From Octopus sinensis (Eukaryota), in the NCBI RefSeq assembly GCF_006345805.1, contig NC_043001.1, positions 94,364,001 through 94,428,000 on the forward strand: DNA of 64,000 nucleotides. Reading direction: 5' to 3'. Of this stretch, positions 11,224 through 24,769 are shown in pieces. Made by a program: the position numbers and the translations under genes. The notes beneath the pieces are model-generated. The model made no database searches. It was given only the letters and a program-made list of their open reading frames with translations, and was not told the DNA's origin. The first letter of the stretch is position 1; each line of letters starts with the position of its first letter.

Positions 11224-11418
11224 AACGTAAACAACAAAAATACGAAGTACGAGGACATAGAACAAGAAATCTTTTGCCAACAGCAAGAGAAACAAATGGA
11301 AAACAAGACAAAGAACACAAAGAACGAACTTTGTTGTTTGTCTTGTTTTCCATTTGTTTATTTCGTTGTTCGTCCATATTCCATGTACTCGTACTTCGTA
11401 TTTCTCGTTGTTTACGTT
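11224..11418. repeat. Diverged inverted repeat pair (fold-back)
   Basis: ACGTAAACAAC..AATACGAAGTACGAG..AAACAAATGGAAAACAAGACAAA followed by its reverse complement. Confidence 0.75.
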
Positions 11419-11477
11419 ATATGAGGTCCTGCGCATATATATATTCATGTCATTATGTACGTATATGTATGCATATA

Positions 11478-11526
<49 letters not shown>

Positions 11527-11543
11527 TATATATACATATATAT

Positions 11544-11586
<43 letters not shown>

Positions 11587-11839
11587 GACTGCATTTTATA
11601 TATATATATATGTTATATATTTAGACACACACACACAAACGCACACATATATATATTATATATAAAATGCAGTCTTCATAGAAGCCTGAGGATATACAAA
11701 TTACTGACTATATTTTCAATGAAATAACTTTGCACTAGAAAATTTTGCGTGCAAAACCGTCAAAAACCAGCGGACACCAAACAACCATAATTGGTAAATG
11801 AAAATGTGCTAAACTATTTTCTTTTTTCTTCATCGGATT

Positions 11840-11869
11840 CATCTATCTATCTATCTACCTATCTATCTA

Positions 11870-11905
<36 letters not shown>

Positions 11906-11956
11906 TCCCTCTATCTATCCATTTATCTATCCATCTATATATCCATCTATCCATCC

Positions 11957-12025
<69 letters not shown>

Positions 12026-12081
12026 CCTATCTATCTACCTATCTATCTATCTGTCTGTCTATCTATCTCTCTATCTCTCTA

Positions 12082-12112
<31 letters not shown>

Positions 12113-12195
12113 CTCCATCCATCCATCTATCTATCTTCTATCTATCTATCTATCTATCTATCTATCAATCTATGTATCTATGTATCTATGTATCT
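11840..12195. repeat. (ATCT)n/(CTGT)n microsatellite
   Basis: Direct tetranucleotide array; similar arrays near 22620-22725 and 30510-30610. Confidence 0.95.
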
Positions 12196-13713
12196 ATGAT
12201 ATATATATATATTAATATATATATATATATATATATAATAATATATAATATATATGTATGTAGACACAAACATGTATTCAGTTTACTGATAGAATGGTGT
12301 TAGAATGTATATATACATAAACATACACATACACATACACACACATATGTTTATTTATATTCATTCATGTGTGTGTGTGAGAGAGTGCGCCCGTGTGTGT
12401 GCCAGTGTATGTGTCTGTTTGTGTGCCCGTGGTTGTGTGTGAATGGGTGTATGGGTGTTTATTTAGCAGCGAAACATTTTTCGTCCGTAATGTAAACCTG
12501 AAAGACTGAAAGGTTTACTCAGCCGTGAAGTTTCAGTTGCTGTCGTTACACGCAAGAGATTATTCTCCGAGTACAACACTCAATCATACAACTTATACAT
12601 ATGTAATATATATGCAAATAGACAATTGAATATTCTGTAGAATATTCGTGCACTTGAAATTATATGTTGTACACTATTTTATTTATATAATAGATCAATA
12701 TTATGTTATGCTAATACTTTACACAAGACACCTTCAAATCAACATTTTACCCATAACAATATACCGACGTCTACAGACGTTGATATACGTCTTTCTTTTC
12801 ATATTCAGCAAAAACTAGAGACCTAGCTTCGTAGGATAGCACCTGCTGTTTCCGAGAAAGCGGGGATCCACATTTATCATTTCATGAAACTTTGAGAAGT
12901 TGAAAGTTTGACGTTATTTATTTGGTATGCTTAATTTACAGATTAAGTAATTATGCAAACTGTCAAGGAAATTCAAATTTGCCGTTGCTTCTGCACTGAG
13001 TTTTAACTCTTTATTACTTATACTGCAATACGCCGGGTTGTTCCTTCGAGGAATGGCACAACATGGTCATACACATGATATTTCAGTCAGTAGTTAATAC
13101 TATGTACCTTCCAACAAAACAATGATCACCTGGCGATACTTTGGTTTTCCGTCATCAAATATGTCACATCCTAGTTGTGTTTCCCGACGAAAGATTAGAT
13201 ATGACACCACAAATTCCTAGTTTTGAAGTGGAGGTCTATAAATTTTTACATAAATTATTAACTAATAAAAATTTCCTTTGACGAACAATACCTTGTAATA
13301 TGTAGATTAAAGTATAATCCAAGTTAACAATCATTATCAGCGCCCTACTGGGGAACAAAATCGAATATGAACACACAAACAATATTTCATTCTTGTGTAA
13401 TTCAATCACTTCAGTTCCAACTTATTCTGTTTATTTCACTCACATAATTAATGAAAATACAATGAGATAATCAGACAGAACGTTATATATAAAGGACCAG
13501 CATCTATCAGAATGGATAAATAAACTCTAGTGGGTGTCATGGATCCAAAATAATACATTTAAATGAAAGAATATAATTAGGATAACTACATACGTACATA
13601 TATACATACATATATACACATACAGATAAACACATATATGTATATTAAATACATGTATTAACAAAAACTCACACATATGCACCACTACTTCGTCATTTTC
13701 TCAATATTCTATA

Positions 13714-14086
13714 CGAGCAAACGTCCCGCCCCCCGGGCAATGGACGGTGCTGAGTTGTCAAATATTTAAACGAAATTTTCTCAAAACAACTTGTCCGACA
13801 GTACCATAGACCATCTCTTTGAGAAACACTGATTTAACCTAAATTTGAGACACCAGCAAAAGAAGAAATAAAGATAGACTTTTTTCTATTCCAAAGTAAA
13901 ACGATTTCCGACGGCTTTATATATCATATTCTTACCTGGAATCGACTTTAGTAATTTTCTCAAGACTTATACACGCCCGGATACCGTCGATATCTACATA
14001 TCAAATTTGAGCATAATCAGATGGAGGATGCCCGAGATCCTAGAAGCCACACACGCACAAAGACAGAACGGATTTTATATAAGAGA
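13714..14086 (-). mobile_element. Helitron-like non-autonomous element
   Basis: Reverse complement starts ATCTCTTATATAAAATCC and ends with a CCCG..CGGG hairpin and CTCG|T (variant of CTAG). Confidence 0.4.
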
Positions 14087-16908
14087 TTCCCGAATACCAT
14101 TTATTTCCATGACTCTCTTCGTCTTTACACCATTTTCCAGTATTCTGCGTGAATTACTTGCTTTAGTTGTTGGATACACACACTCACACACACACGCACA
14201 CTCGTTTAGGTGCATAAATCTAAATCTCAACCTTTATCTCTATTCACTCAGTGAATTGTCAGTAAGTTGTCAAAAATCATATCTTATTAGCAGATGCATA
14301 TTTCATGCTTGTGGGAGTAAGAGAAAAATAATAATATAACGATCATATATAAAAGGATGTTCAGTAGTTAATCCAGCATGTAATGCTGATCGAAAGAATT
14401 TATCCTTATTAATCGAATGCTTTTCGGTGAATATGTTATAATCTATTTATATAATCGCAACGCATAAGCAACAACATACAACAGAGAATGTACGTAAAAA
14501 AATATATTTCATAAATAAGAAACCGAGGGAAAGAGATCGTTACTTGATACAGATATTACTACTTCAAACAAAAATGCAAAGTGATGCATGTTTCAGCAGA
14601 AGCTAACCCATATGCTTCATGCTAACTACAGATTGAACGGGTTGATCACGAAGTATTTATAGAAACCAAAGTCAAAGTGACCAGAATCCCATTAGCTTCA
14701 TATTAATTTTGATACCAAAAATTGATCAACAACTTTTTTTAAAATTCGAAATTTAGTATTGAGAAAAAAATATGCAGGAAAGTCAAACACATTTGAATTT
14801 AATTTTGCTGATAATAGCAAATTTCGCTTCTTGTTGACCTCTTTAAACACAGGATCATTACAATTGTATATTTTAGAGTGATTGGTTGAAATCTGTGTAT
14901 TAAGTGTCAGCCTTTATTTTGTTTACTTTGTAGAATCTTTTAAAAAGTGCGGAGCTAATGCATTTGATTTGTTGACGGGGATTATAAGATCTACTGAAAA
15001 GCAGTAAGAAAGAGTGTGACAGGGAGCTAAACATAGATGTATAAATCGGCATTAATTGAAATATATAACGGGGGTAGTGGGGAGAAAAATACAGGCATCT
15101 TCCACGTTATTCATTCAAGTGGATATATGAATTATATTATTTACAAATGAAGAGCATGTGAAGGCATTTTGTCTAATACTGTACATCCAGTTGACATTAA
15201 TTTTGAAGTGAAAACAATATTGCCTTTCGTGCTTGCACTCATATGATTACCGATGCTCACAACTGTAATTCCTAGGTCTAATAATGCCGTTCTATCAATG
15301 CCTTCCTTTATTCGAAAATGATCAGAGGCTTAAAACAAGTACGAGTAAAAGGTTGCAGGTATATCATACATTACCTTAAACAGAAGATGAATTTATGTAA
15401 TTTTATTGTATTTTTTTCGTTTCATTCCCCTTTGATTACGTTCTCTAAAATATGGAAGGCAAAATAATAATCAGCTATATTTAGTGATGTACTACTTGAT
15501 AACGCTCCTGTCATACAGACAGAAAATATATTATCGTTACAGATCGATAGAAAAATGCTATAGGAAAAGAGGTCCTAGCACTGGAATCAAGATAAAGGAA
15601 TCACTGAGTTCAATAACAGCCTCTTGAAAGATAGCATATGTCAATAATATTAACATGCCTGTCTGTCTCTGTCTGTCTGTCTCTGTCCCTGTCTCTATCT
15701 GTGTGTCTGTCTGCCCCCCTCTCTCTGTTCTCAGTGAGTGAATGCCAACTTTTAAAATTTTGAATTCGCGTGCCACAAACCTAACAGAATAATGTACTTA
15801 ACCAGTTACCTTTCCGGAGGTATTGGAATTGCAATGTTTTCCTGCAATGCAAATATATACTAAATTATTCTATTACTCACACAGTATCGTAATCTGTGCA
15901 TTTTATATTAAATAATTAATGAAATTACCTCTTTTATATGTTGTGAACTAAGTGCTTTTGACGTGAAACCAAAGACTTGCTATTTGTAACAAGTGATATT
16001 AAAAACCCACTCTCTGCCATGTCTAGAGATATGCTGCACCCTCACCAGGCCTTTTTTCTCCAATTAAAATCTCGAGTATGGTATCGCAGGAAAGAAACGA
16101 ACCTTTGATGCTGACGTGACCAGCACCGTAGCGTTTATCAAATATCTGCAAAAAAGCAAGATCAACATAGTAATGTGATGACAGAATAACAATATGTTTC
16201 TAAATGTTTGCAAATAGATATAAAATAAAGAAGAAACTGGTATATATGCAAGCCAAGAGAAAAGCACTTACACATATGCTAAACCAATATTTCGGATCTC
16301 ATTTTTTTTATGGCATTTTCGATTCCTTTAACGGAGTCTAAGAAAACGTCAAACTGCAAAAAAATATTTCTGATTCTTTTTTATTCCTCTGGCAACACCT
16401 GCCTATATTTGTGAAGCTTTTCTCCAACGAAATATTTGACATTTACAGAAATTTACAATACTAAATAAAATGCTATAGAACATTCAAATGGATACTGTGA
16501 CAGAAGAACTATGTTATACTGTGGCAATTTTTGAGAACTACAATCTAAATCTATAAGATTTAGTAAACGAAATATACACGATAAACAGAGATGTGGCTTT
16601 TCTCATGATTTCTGCAAAGGCGGTCCCAGGAGAGGTTCCATGCTGTCAGTTAAACTGATGAGCAAGCATGTCTAAAGACACAGAAAGCAGTTCTGTAAAA
16701 ATGCGAAAACTAAGTTCGTCTTTTTGTTATAAATACATATAATTACAGTTTCTGTTTAGTTTAATATATTGCGGGTGAGGGATTTAAACAAACTGTCACT
16801 ACGTAGATCTTTCTTCATACCTGATGCATGTAAACATGTAATGAAACTTTAACCGTTCAGCTGCTAGAATGTCATAGCAAAAAATTTCCATTCTTTAAAA
16901 CTATTAAT

Positions 16909-16958
<50 letters not shown>

Positions 16959-17738
16959 ATATCAGAAAGAAGATATTATGAACAGTGTACGTTTTCATAA
17001 AAAAAGAATATTTTTATGTTCTTTTGGACTTACAAATAAAACCTATACTACTACGTAAATATTTTTCTGTTGCCAAATTCAAACATACCCGCGCACATAA
17101 ACACACACACAGGTATACATGCATATATAATAAATAAACATTTATTATTTGAGCACGATCCTTTCAATAGTAGGTGAGGGAAGTAAATCATATTTAACAT
17201 ATAAACAATAGTCATGCAATTATTAAATGTAGCCCAATATTTCATCAATGTTAACGAGTGATATAAATAAGCTTATAAATGGATAAAAACGGTAGTAAAT
17301 ACAATTAGGATTTCGTAGCGAAATACTAATAAAATTGACATGCGGAGAGAAATTCACAGAGAAAGGCAAATAATTTTGGTCTCTTATGCGCCGAGAGAGA
17401 GGATAAAGGGTCCTGGATTTCTGTTTCTGTGGAATAATTTGGCTCTCGAAGTTGGCTTTCCTTTAACTAATGTTAGACTTCAAATGAGGTAATCGCCTCG
17501 ATTTCACAGATCCCTCTTCTTGTAGTAATATATGAATGCATGCGTTTAAATGTGTGTGTTAGTATGCGTGTGTACATATATGCATATATATATATGTGTG
17601 TGTGTGTAATGTATCTATATTATCTATATCTATCTATCTATCTGTCTATCTAGATAAATATATAAATATATATATACATACACACATACATACATAGTAA
17701 AATGCATACATTCATATATTACTACAATGTATATATTA

Positions 17739-18051
17739 TGGAGATGAACTTGCGTAGCAAGTGACTTGATCTGAGATCATGTGTTGAAACGAAATCAATT
17801 GCAGCGTGGAAAATATTTGTAAGTCCTTCGAGAACACACAAAAAACCGTTAGTTTCACTTTAACATTTAAAATCTATTCGTGTCAAAATATTTTCTTCGC
17901 TTTGAGACTGTTCACTGACCGCGACCGCGACCTGTTTGTCAGTGGACAGGTCGCAGTTTCAAAGTGACGAAAATATTTTGACACGAATAGATTTCAAATG
18001 TTCAAGTGAAACTAACAGTTTTTGTGTTCTTCAATGGCTTCCACGCTGCAA
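17739..18051. mobile_element. Fold-back/MITE element with ~110-bp inverted arms
   Basis: TTGCAGCGTGGAA..TTTGAGACTG (from 17799) mirrored by CAGTTTCAAAG..TTCCACGCTGCAA (to 18051); the left extension 17739-17850 recurs inverted at 62881-62995. Confidence 0.8.
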
Positions 18052-18072
18052 ATATTTTGTATATATATATAT

Positions 18073-18260
18073 TTATTTTATAGAAGGAGCTTCTACAGGA
18101 CTAGAACTGTTTCATTCAGATGAAATCTTCAGGACGCTGGCTGTCAAAATAAGGTCTGGTATTTATACATTTAGGCAGACCTTATTTTGACAGCCAGCTT
18201 CCTGAGATTTCATCTGAATGAAACAGTTCTAGTCCCGTAGAAGCTCCTTCTATAAAATAA
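18073..18260. mobile_element. 188-bp fold-back/MITE element
   Basis: Arms 18073-18158 and 18176-18260 are near-perfect inverted repeats around a 17-nt loop. Confidence 0.85.
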
Positions 18261-18329
18261 TTACTTTACTCTGCTATGTATTGAGTACCTTATTTACTGT
18301 GGTTAACCCCGACTCAACCCGGGACCTAC

Positions 18330-18377
<48 letters not shown>

Positions 18378-18987
18378 TATATCTATGTGTGTGTGTGTGT
18401 GTGTGTGTATGTTTGTATGTATGTATGCATGTATGTATGTATGTATGTGTGTGTGTGTTGTTATATAAATAACGATAAGATCGTTAATTAAAAATATAAT
18501 AACGTCACTGTACTTACTGCGGCGATATTTTGACCATATCTCACATGGAATTAAACGGGGGTATTTTGAACTGCCATGATGCATGCATGCATATATGTTG
18601 GTATACGTTCGTATTCGTTTGTTGTGCATATATATATATATATAATAATATATATTATATATATATATAATATATATGTATGTATTTTTATGCTTCTTTT
18701 CTGTGTATATTCTCTTGACAAGACAAAGCATTACTACATGCAAACCAAAAATCCGGGATGAACATTATCCAGTAATTTTTACTAGTTTCATCTTGTCTCT
18801 TTGTTTTTCTCCTTTGTCGATATGGCCAACTAAGGTGGTTTTAGAGTCAGATCATGCTGCTATTTTCAGCATGGTATGTAGTAGATACCTAATTTATAAT
18901 TTTTATATTTATATATATATATATATATATATTACATATAAGAGAACAAAGTATACGTAACATACACACACACACACACACACACAC

Positions 18988-19043
<56 letters not shown>

Positions 19044-19044
19044 C

Positions 19045-19126
19045 AAAATGGGACAAGAACGCAAAACATCCAAAGAGACGATACAAAAGACACGGCCGGG
19101 TCTTTCGAAGCCTTTAATCTTCAGTC
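19045..19126. repeat. Fragment of the repeat family also seen at 47735-48230
   Basis: GGACAAGAAC..GACGATACAA..TTCGAAGCC..TCTTCAGTC is shared with the 47735 copy. Confidence 0.6.
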
Positions 19127-19217
19127 GTACAAAGTTTTTGTGACTATGTATATATTATATATATTTGTGTATATATATATATATAGATATATATATATAT
19201 ATATATATATACAATAT

Positions 19218-19972
19218 AAAAACAACAAGAATGGATTAGTTATTCAGTACAATTGTTTCATACGAAGAACAGCTATATTAAAAGCTTCAAATATTGCAGC
19301 AAATACAAGTGTCCCGTATTCAGCAGCGAAAACACATATGAGTTTTCCAAACATCCTAGGGTATGAGGCTACACTCATGAAGTATCGAAGAGAGTTCTAT
19401 GAAAAGCAAAGAAATAAACTAAACTTTGTAGGTTTTGTACTTACACCCCTTCCTCCCATAATGTCCTTATTTGGGCGGTTTCTGCTGCACTGACTTCTTT
19501 TGCGACTTCTTTTAGCCAATATAGTCAATCCAACATAGTAGTTTTGTGAAACGAATAGAAGTGTGATCAGCATCTTCTCATATATCAGGAAATTACATCT
19601 ACATTATTATGGATGCATTCATCTTCTGTGAGTATGAAATATCTCCTCATATCTCCGGAAATTACACCTGCAATATTATGGATGGATTTACCTTTTCTGT
19701 GAAGCTAACAAACTTTTTTAAAAACCTTTTATAAAACTGTGCATCATTAGAGAACTTTTGAAGTCTGCTTACGATCTAACTTTGCTTTCCATAGAACTCT
19801 CTTCGATACTTCATGAGTGTAGCCTCACCCCCTAGAATGTTTGGAAAACTCATATGTGTTTTGGCTGATGAATACGGGACACTTGTATTTGCTGCAATAT
19901 TTGCAGTTTTTAATAAAGCTGTTCTTCGTATGAAACAATTGTAGTGACAACTAATCCATTTTTGTTGCTTTT
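19218..19972. mobile_element. MITE with ~195-bp terminal inverted repeats and an internal ~68-bp tandem duplication
   Basis: 19218-19411 is the reverse complement of 19780-19972; ATCTTCTCATATATCAGGAAATTACA.. unit duplicated at ~19573-19705. Confidence 0.85.
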
Positions 19973-20121
19973 TTCTTGATTATATTCACCCCACATTATT
20001 TTATGGTTAATACCATATAGATTTCTGGTGCATCTAAGTTAAGTACCGCATTCATGTGAATTCATTGGAACTCACTTGAACCTTAATTGTTTTTACGGAA
20101 AAAAAAAATATATATATAATA

Positions 20122-20176
<55 letters not shown>

Positions 20177-21651
20177 GAATACACACGCGAACATACATAT
20201 ATTCATGGATGCATACCAACACATATATTTAGTAGTCAGAACAAATACGGAGACTTCTACAGCTGCTTATATTTTCTTTTAATTTTTATATTCACAGTTA
20301 ATTATGGAGCATAATTAGCTTAGATATGACCGGCGACTGTTTCTGACACATGAAGATTTCACTGTGGCATTTGGAACTAGCTATTTTCAACTATGGCCAT
20401 TTATTCAAGGCTTGTGCACATGTTTTTCGAGCTACAATTCTTTCTCTCTCTCTATTTCTTTCTCTCTATCTGTCTGTCTTCTTGTCTCTCTATCACCCTC
20501 TCTCTCTTTCTTTCCGATACAAAGCCAGCATCAATGACAAAATGCTGCCGGGCATTGAACGGCAATTTGCACAAATACCAAACGAAATGTTTCATGAAGT
20601 TTTGCGATTCCTGGCTTCCAGTTATCAACAGTGGCCGAGCCAAAACATCAACTAATATAAATAACAGTAAACAGAATTGGAATAATATCTGTACATTGTA
20701 ATAAGTGTTGCAAATGATACTTATTACAACAAACACTGACTTTATAATCATATAACTTATGTATGCATTTTTATAGAGGGAAACATATGTAGACAAGTAC
20801 ACATACGCAAATGGAGACTGAAACACATGATCATATATACACATACACTTTACTCCACACAAGGACACATATGGAGACACGTGTCCATACATATAGAGAT
20901 GCACAGCCATACATACAAACATGGTACATAGTTGCAAATCACACACACAGGCATGCACGCACAAGGATACAGAGGTGCATACATATACGAATACACGCTC
21001 ACACACACACATACAAAAAATTACACACACACTGACATGCAAGAGCATGAATGTGCAGAATACGTACAGGTGCACACACATACACATATACATATGCATG
21101 CACACATATATACATATACGCATGCATACATACATACATGCATACATACATACATGCATACATACATACATAGGCGCACACACACACATACACACAGACA
21201 ATGACCCACACACATGCGCACAAACAAAAAGGAAAGCAGTGCAAATAACGGACGGACGGAAAACTATTGAAAAGGTTGCAAGACGCAACAAAATTTTAGG
21301 AAAACAAAAATAAGAAATAAGTGGAAATTTTACCGGTGAGTGTGTTAAATTATAAGGCACCAAAAGAGAATGACTCTCCTCAGACACAATAGAACAGACA
21401 TAGACATATACATATAAAATATGCATCACGATAAGATTATGGGTAAGTACACGTCTATAATAAATAAAGTCAGTTAGTGCTCAGACTAAGGAAAATAAAG
21501 AAAATCAAACTTCTAATTAAGGGGAATCAAGCTAGGTAAATCACTTTTTTTAAAGTTATTCTCTTATTCTCTTGCGCTCATATATATGCATATATGCGCA
21601 TAAAAACACCCACCATCGACATTTGCGCAAAAGCTTTACAAGCGAGGAATA

Positions 21652-22471
21652 TCTACATATATAAAACTGTAGTTGTGTGAGTGTCTTTTCCCTTCGATTT
21701 AGATTCCTAACTACTCCCACATTTTGCGGTGCAGTTTAACCAAAATTTTTTCATTTTTTTCCATCTTAACGCATATTTTTTTAATTAGCGGCGGAGTTGG
21801 CGTCCATGCTCACACCTGCACCTGTTTTGCTTCTCCCCTTTCTTCCCTCCCTCTTGAAGCTGTGGGGAAGGGAGTGTAAGGAAAGCAACGTCGTAAAGCG
21901 CTGTCAAGGAGACCAGCGTTCTTTTAGAACAACAATTTCATGGCTTGAAGTCGCCAAAACAGAAATCGCTAAAAAAGCTGAAACAGATCCACAAAAACGG
22001 CAAAAACCGCCACACAGAGCAGGTTTCCTGTGCAAACAATTTGCACAACCGAATGTTTTAGTTGTTGCACAAATCTTTATATATAAAAGTGAAGTTGTGT
22101 GTCTGTCTCCTACGATTTAGATTCCTAACTACTCCCACATTTTGCGGTGCAGTTTAACCGGGTATCTTATAGTCGTGATTCATATCGAGCCCTTCTGGGT
22201 ATTAGCGCGCGTCTACGATGAGTCGACGATTTAAAAAAAAATTACAATAATTTATTTCCATTTTAATGCATTTTTTCGCTATTATATAGGGGAAGTAACT
22301 CTCTAAAAATGTCTACGATGAGTCAACGATTTAAAAAAAAATTACCATTATTTTTTATTCCATATATTTCATTTTTAATGCATTTTTGCTATTTTTTTGC
22401 TATAACTCACTAAAAATGCTTATATAGTTATTTCCCTTACAAACCCAAGCAACGCCGGGCGATACTGCTAG
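21652..22471 (+). mobile_element. Non-autonomous Helitron, second copy of the 2631 element
   Basis: A|TC at 21652, internal A|TC at 22074, hairpin and CTAG|T at 22468-22471; colinear with 2631-3642 apart from deletions. Confidence 0.85.
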
Positions 22472-22682
22472 TAAACTATATTCTCCGGTTTGCAAACTCT
22501 ATTTGCAATTTTACTCATATCTATGAGTGTGTGTGTGTGTCTGAATGAGTGTATATGTGTGTATGTATGTATGTATGTATATATATATATATATATGTAT
22601 CTCTTCCATATATATATGTATCTCTCTTTTTCTCTATCTGTCTATCTTTCTATCCATCTATCTTTCTATCTATCTATCTATC

Positions 22683-22713
<31 letters not shown>

Positions 22714-23632
22714 CTAACTATCTATAAATATATATGTGCATGTACGTATTTGTGACATCTAAACAATATTTCGCTAATCATACATAAACACTAGATATTA
22801 AATGCAGTAGACTACTAGTAATAAAAATTGTTGAGACGTATCATTTGATCAGTACTTACACATATGAGTTTATATTGAAAACGACCATAAATACAAGCCA
22901 TCGACTGTTTGATCCCTTTCCGTATACGTATACTCACACAGAAATATATTCACACAGACACACACACACACACACTCACATGCACACACACTCTCACCAA
23001 CACACACTCCACATACTCACACAAGTCTGAATGTATTCATACATATGTACTATTACATAACATTTTTCACACACACACACACACCACACACACATATATA
23101 TATATATATATATAATATATATATATATCTATATATATTATATATATATATATGTATATATCTGTAATTCCTTGTTTCATATATTGATATATCTCTATAT
23201 CTATCCACTTGACTATCTGTCTATCTATGTCTCTATGTATGTGTATGTATGTATGTATGTATGTATGTATGTATGTATGTATGTATGTATCTATCTATCT
23301 ATCTATCTACCTATCTATCTTTCTGTCCATCTATTCGTCATATATCTCACTTTATATCTGTCTCTCCTGCACTCTACTCCTCTTTCTCTACTACTCTATC
23401 CCAGTATGTATGTATGTACGTATGTATGTATGTATTTATGTATGTATGTGTACACGTGTGTGTGTGTGTATGTATATGTATACATATATGTTACAAGCAT
23501 ATATATATATATATGTACATATATATGTATTTAATATATGTACAGACACACACACATATATATGTATATAATTATATATGTTATATATACATCTATAAAA
23601 CATTTATATATGTATACATATATGTGGTGTAC

Positions 23633-23707
<75 letters not shown>

Positions 23708-24087
23708 TATACATATATAATACATACATGTACATATATGCACTTCCTTCGATAAAGTGATATACCATAAATATTTTATTGCCGTGAGAATAACACATTT
23801 AATATCCGGTGCTTAATTTAGGATAGTCATAATTGTATTATGATGAATTCAGATTGAGTAACTACTGCTTGCATCTTACACTCAAATTCTGTTAAATAAA
23901 TCCGTGTTTATTTCAAAATCAAAAATGCATTAATATCACATACTCTGAAAAATTACACTAGCATTCAAATTAATTATAACAATCGCAAATGAGGTAGAAG
24001 CAATATCTAGAACAACAATGGAGATTATTACCTCTGGATATTATGAAACATGATCTCCGAAAGTGCTCAGAGAAGCTATGTATAATA

Positions 24088-24644
24088 CGATGGTGAGTCA
24101 ATATGTAATGCCATTTTGGTTTGGAAAAGAATAATTACCAGCACAGGAACATGTATCATACATCAAAATAAAGCTGGTCCTCTGTGGATTACATCCTTAC
24201 TTCTCGACATAGTCATCGTTTCTCTCAATAGCAATGTTCAATCTTCGAATGAGAGCATGTATCCCTACCCCTGTAAAATTCTGTTGAGTTTTCTTTGAGC
24301 CACTTCTTCACTACAGTTTTCACTTCCTCGTCACTGGAATAACGTTTGCCTCTCAAACCCTCTTTCGTGGCGCCGATGTGATGATGGTCTGACGGCGCTA
24401 AATCTGGTGCGTGTGGAGGTAGTGAAGAAGTGGCTCAAAGAACAATCAACAAGATTTTACGGGGCAGGGATACATGCTCTCATTCGAAGGTGGAACATTG
24501 CTATTGAGAGAAACAATGACTATGTTGAGAAGCAGGGATGTGATCCACAGAGGACTAACTTCATTTTGATGTATGTTACATGTTACTGTTTTGGTAATTA
24601 TACTTGTCCTAAACAAAATAGCATTACTTTTTCACTCACTCTCG
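24088..24644. mobile_element. Mariner-derived element built from two inverted 3' ends, TA-flanked
   Basis: Minus strand: PPHAPDLAPSDHHHIGATKEGLRGKRYSSDEEVK; plus strand: VVKKWLKEQSTRFYGAGIHALIRRWNIAIERNNDYVEK; TA at 24086-87 and 24645-46. Confidence 0.85.
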
Positions 24645-24769
24645 TAGAATTAAATAAGTTACAGACATGCTAATATTATAAGTAGCTAACTCGGAGAGCG
24701 GGCAAAATCTTATCACCCCGGCCAAGATTCTTAACGGCATTTCGACGGTCTTTACGTTGTAATTTCAAA

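Noticed and set aside
16064-16267. Hydrophobic ORF superficially like GPCR TM6-TM7
   Set aside because: AT-rich DNA readily gives F/I/L/Y-rich peptides; no NPxxY motif or upstream helices.
20452-21429. 325-aa minus-strand ORF
   Set aside because: Mostly translated (GT)n/(ATGT)n/(AG)n microsatellite, which lacks stops in that frame.
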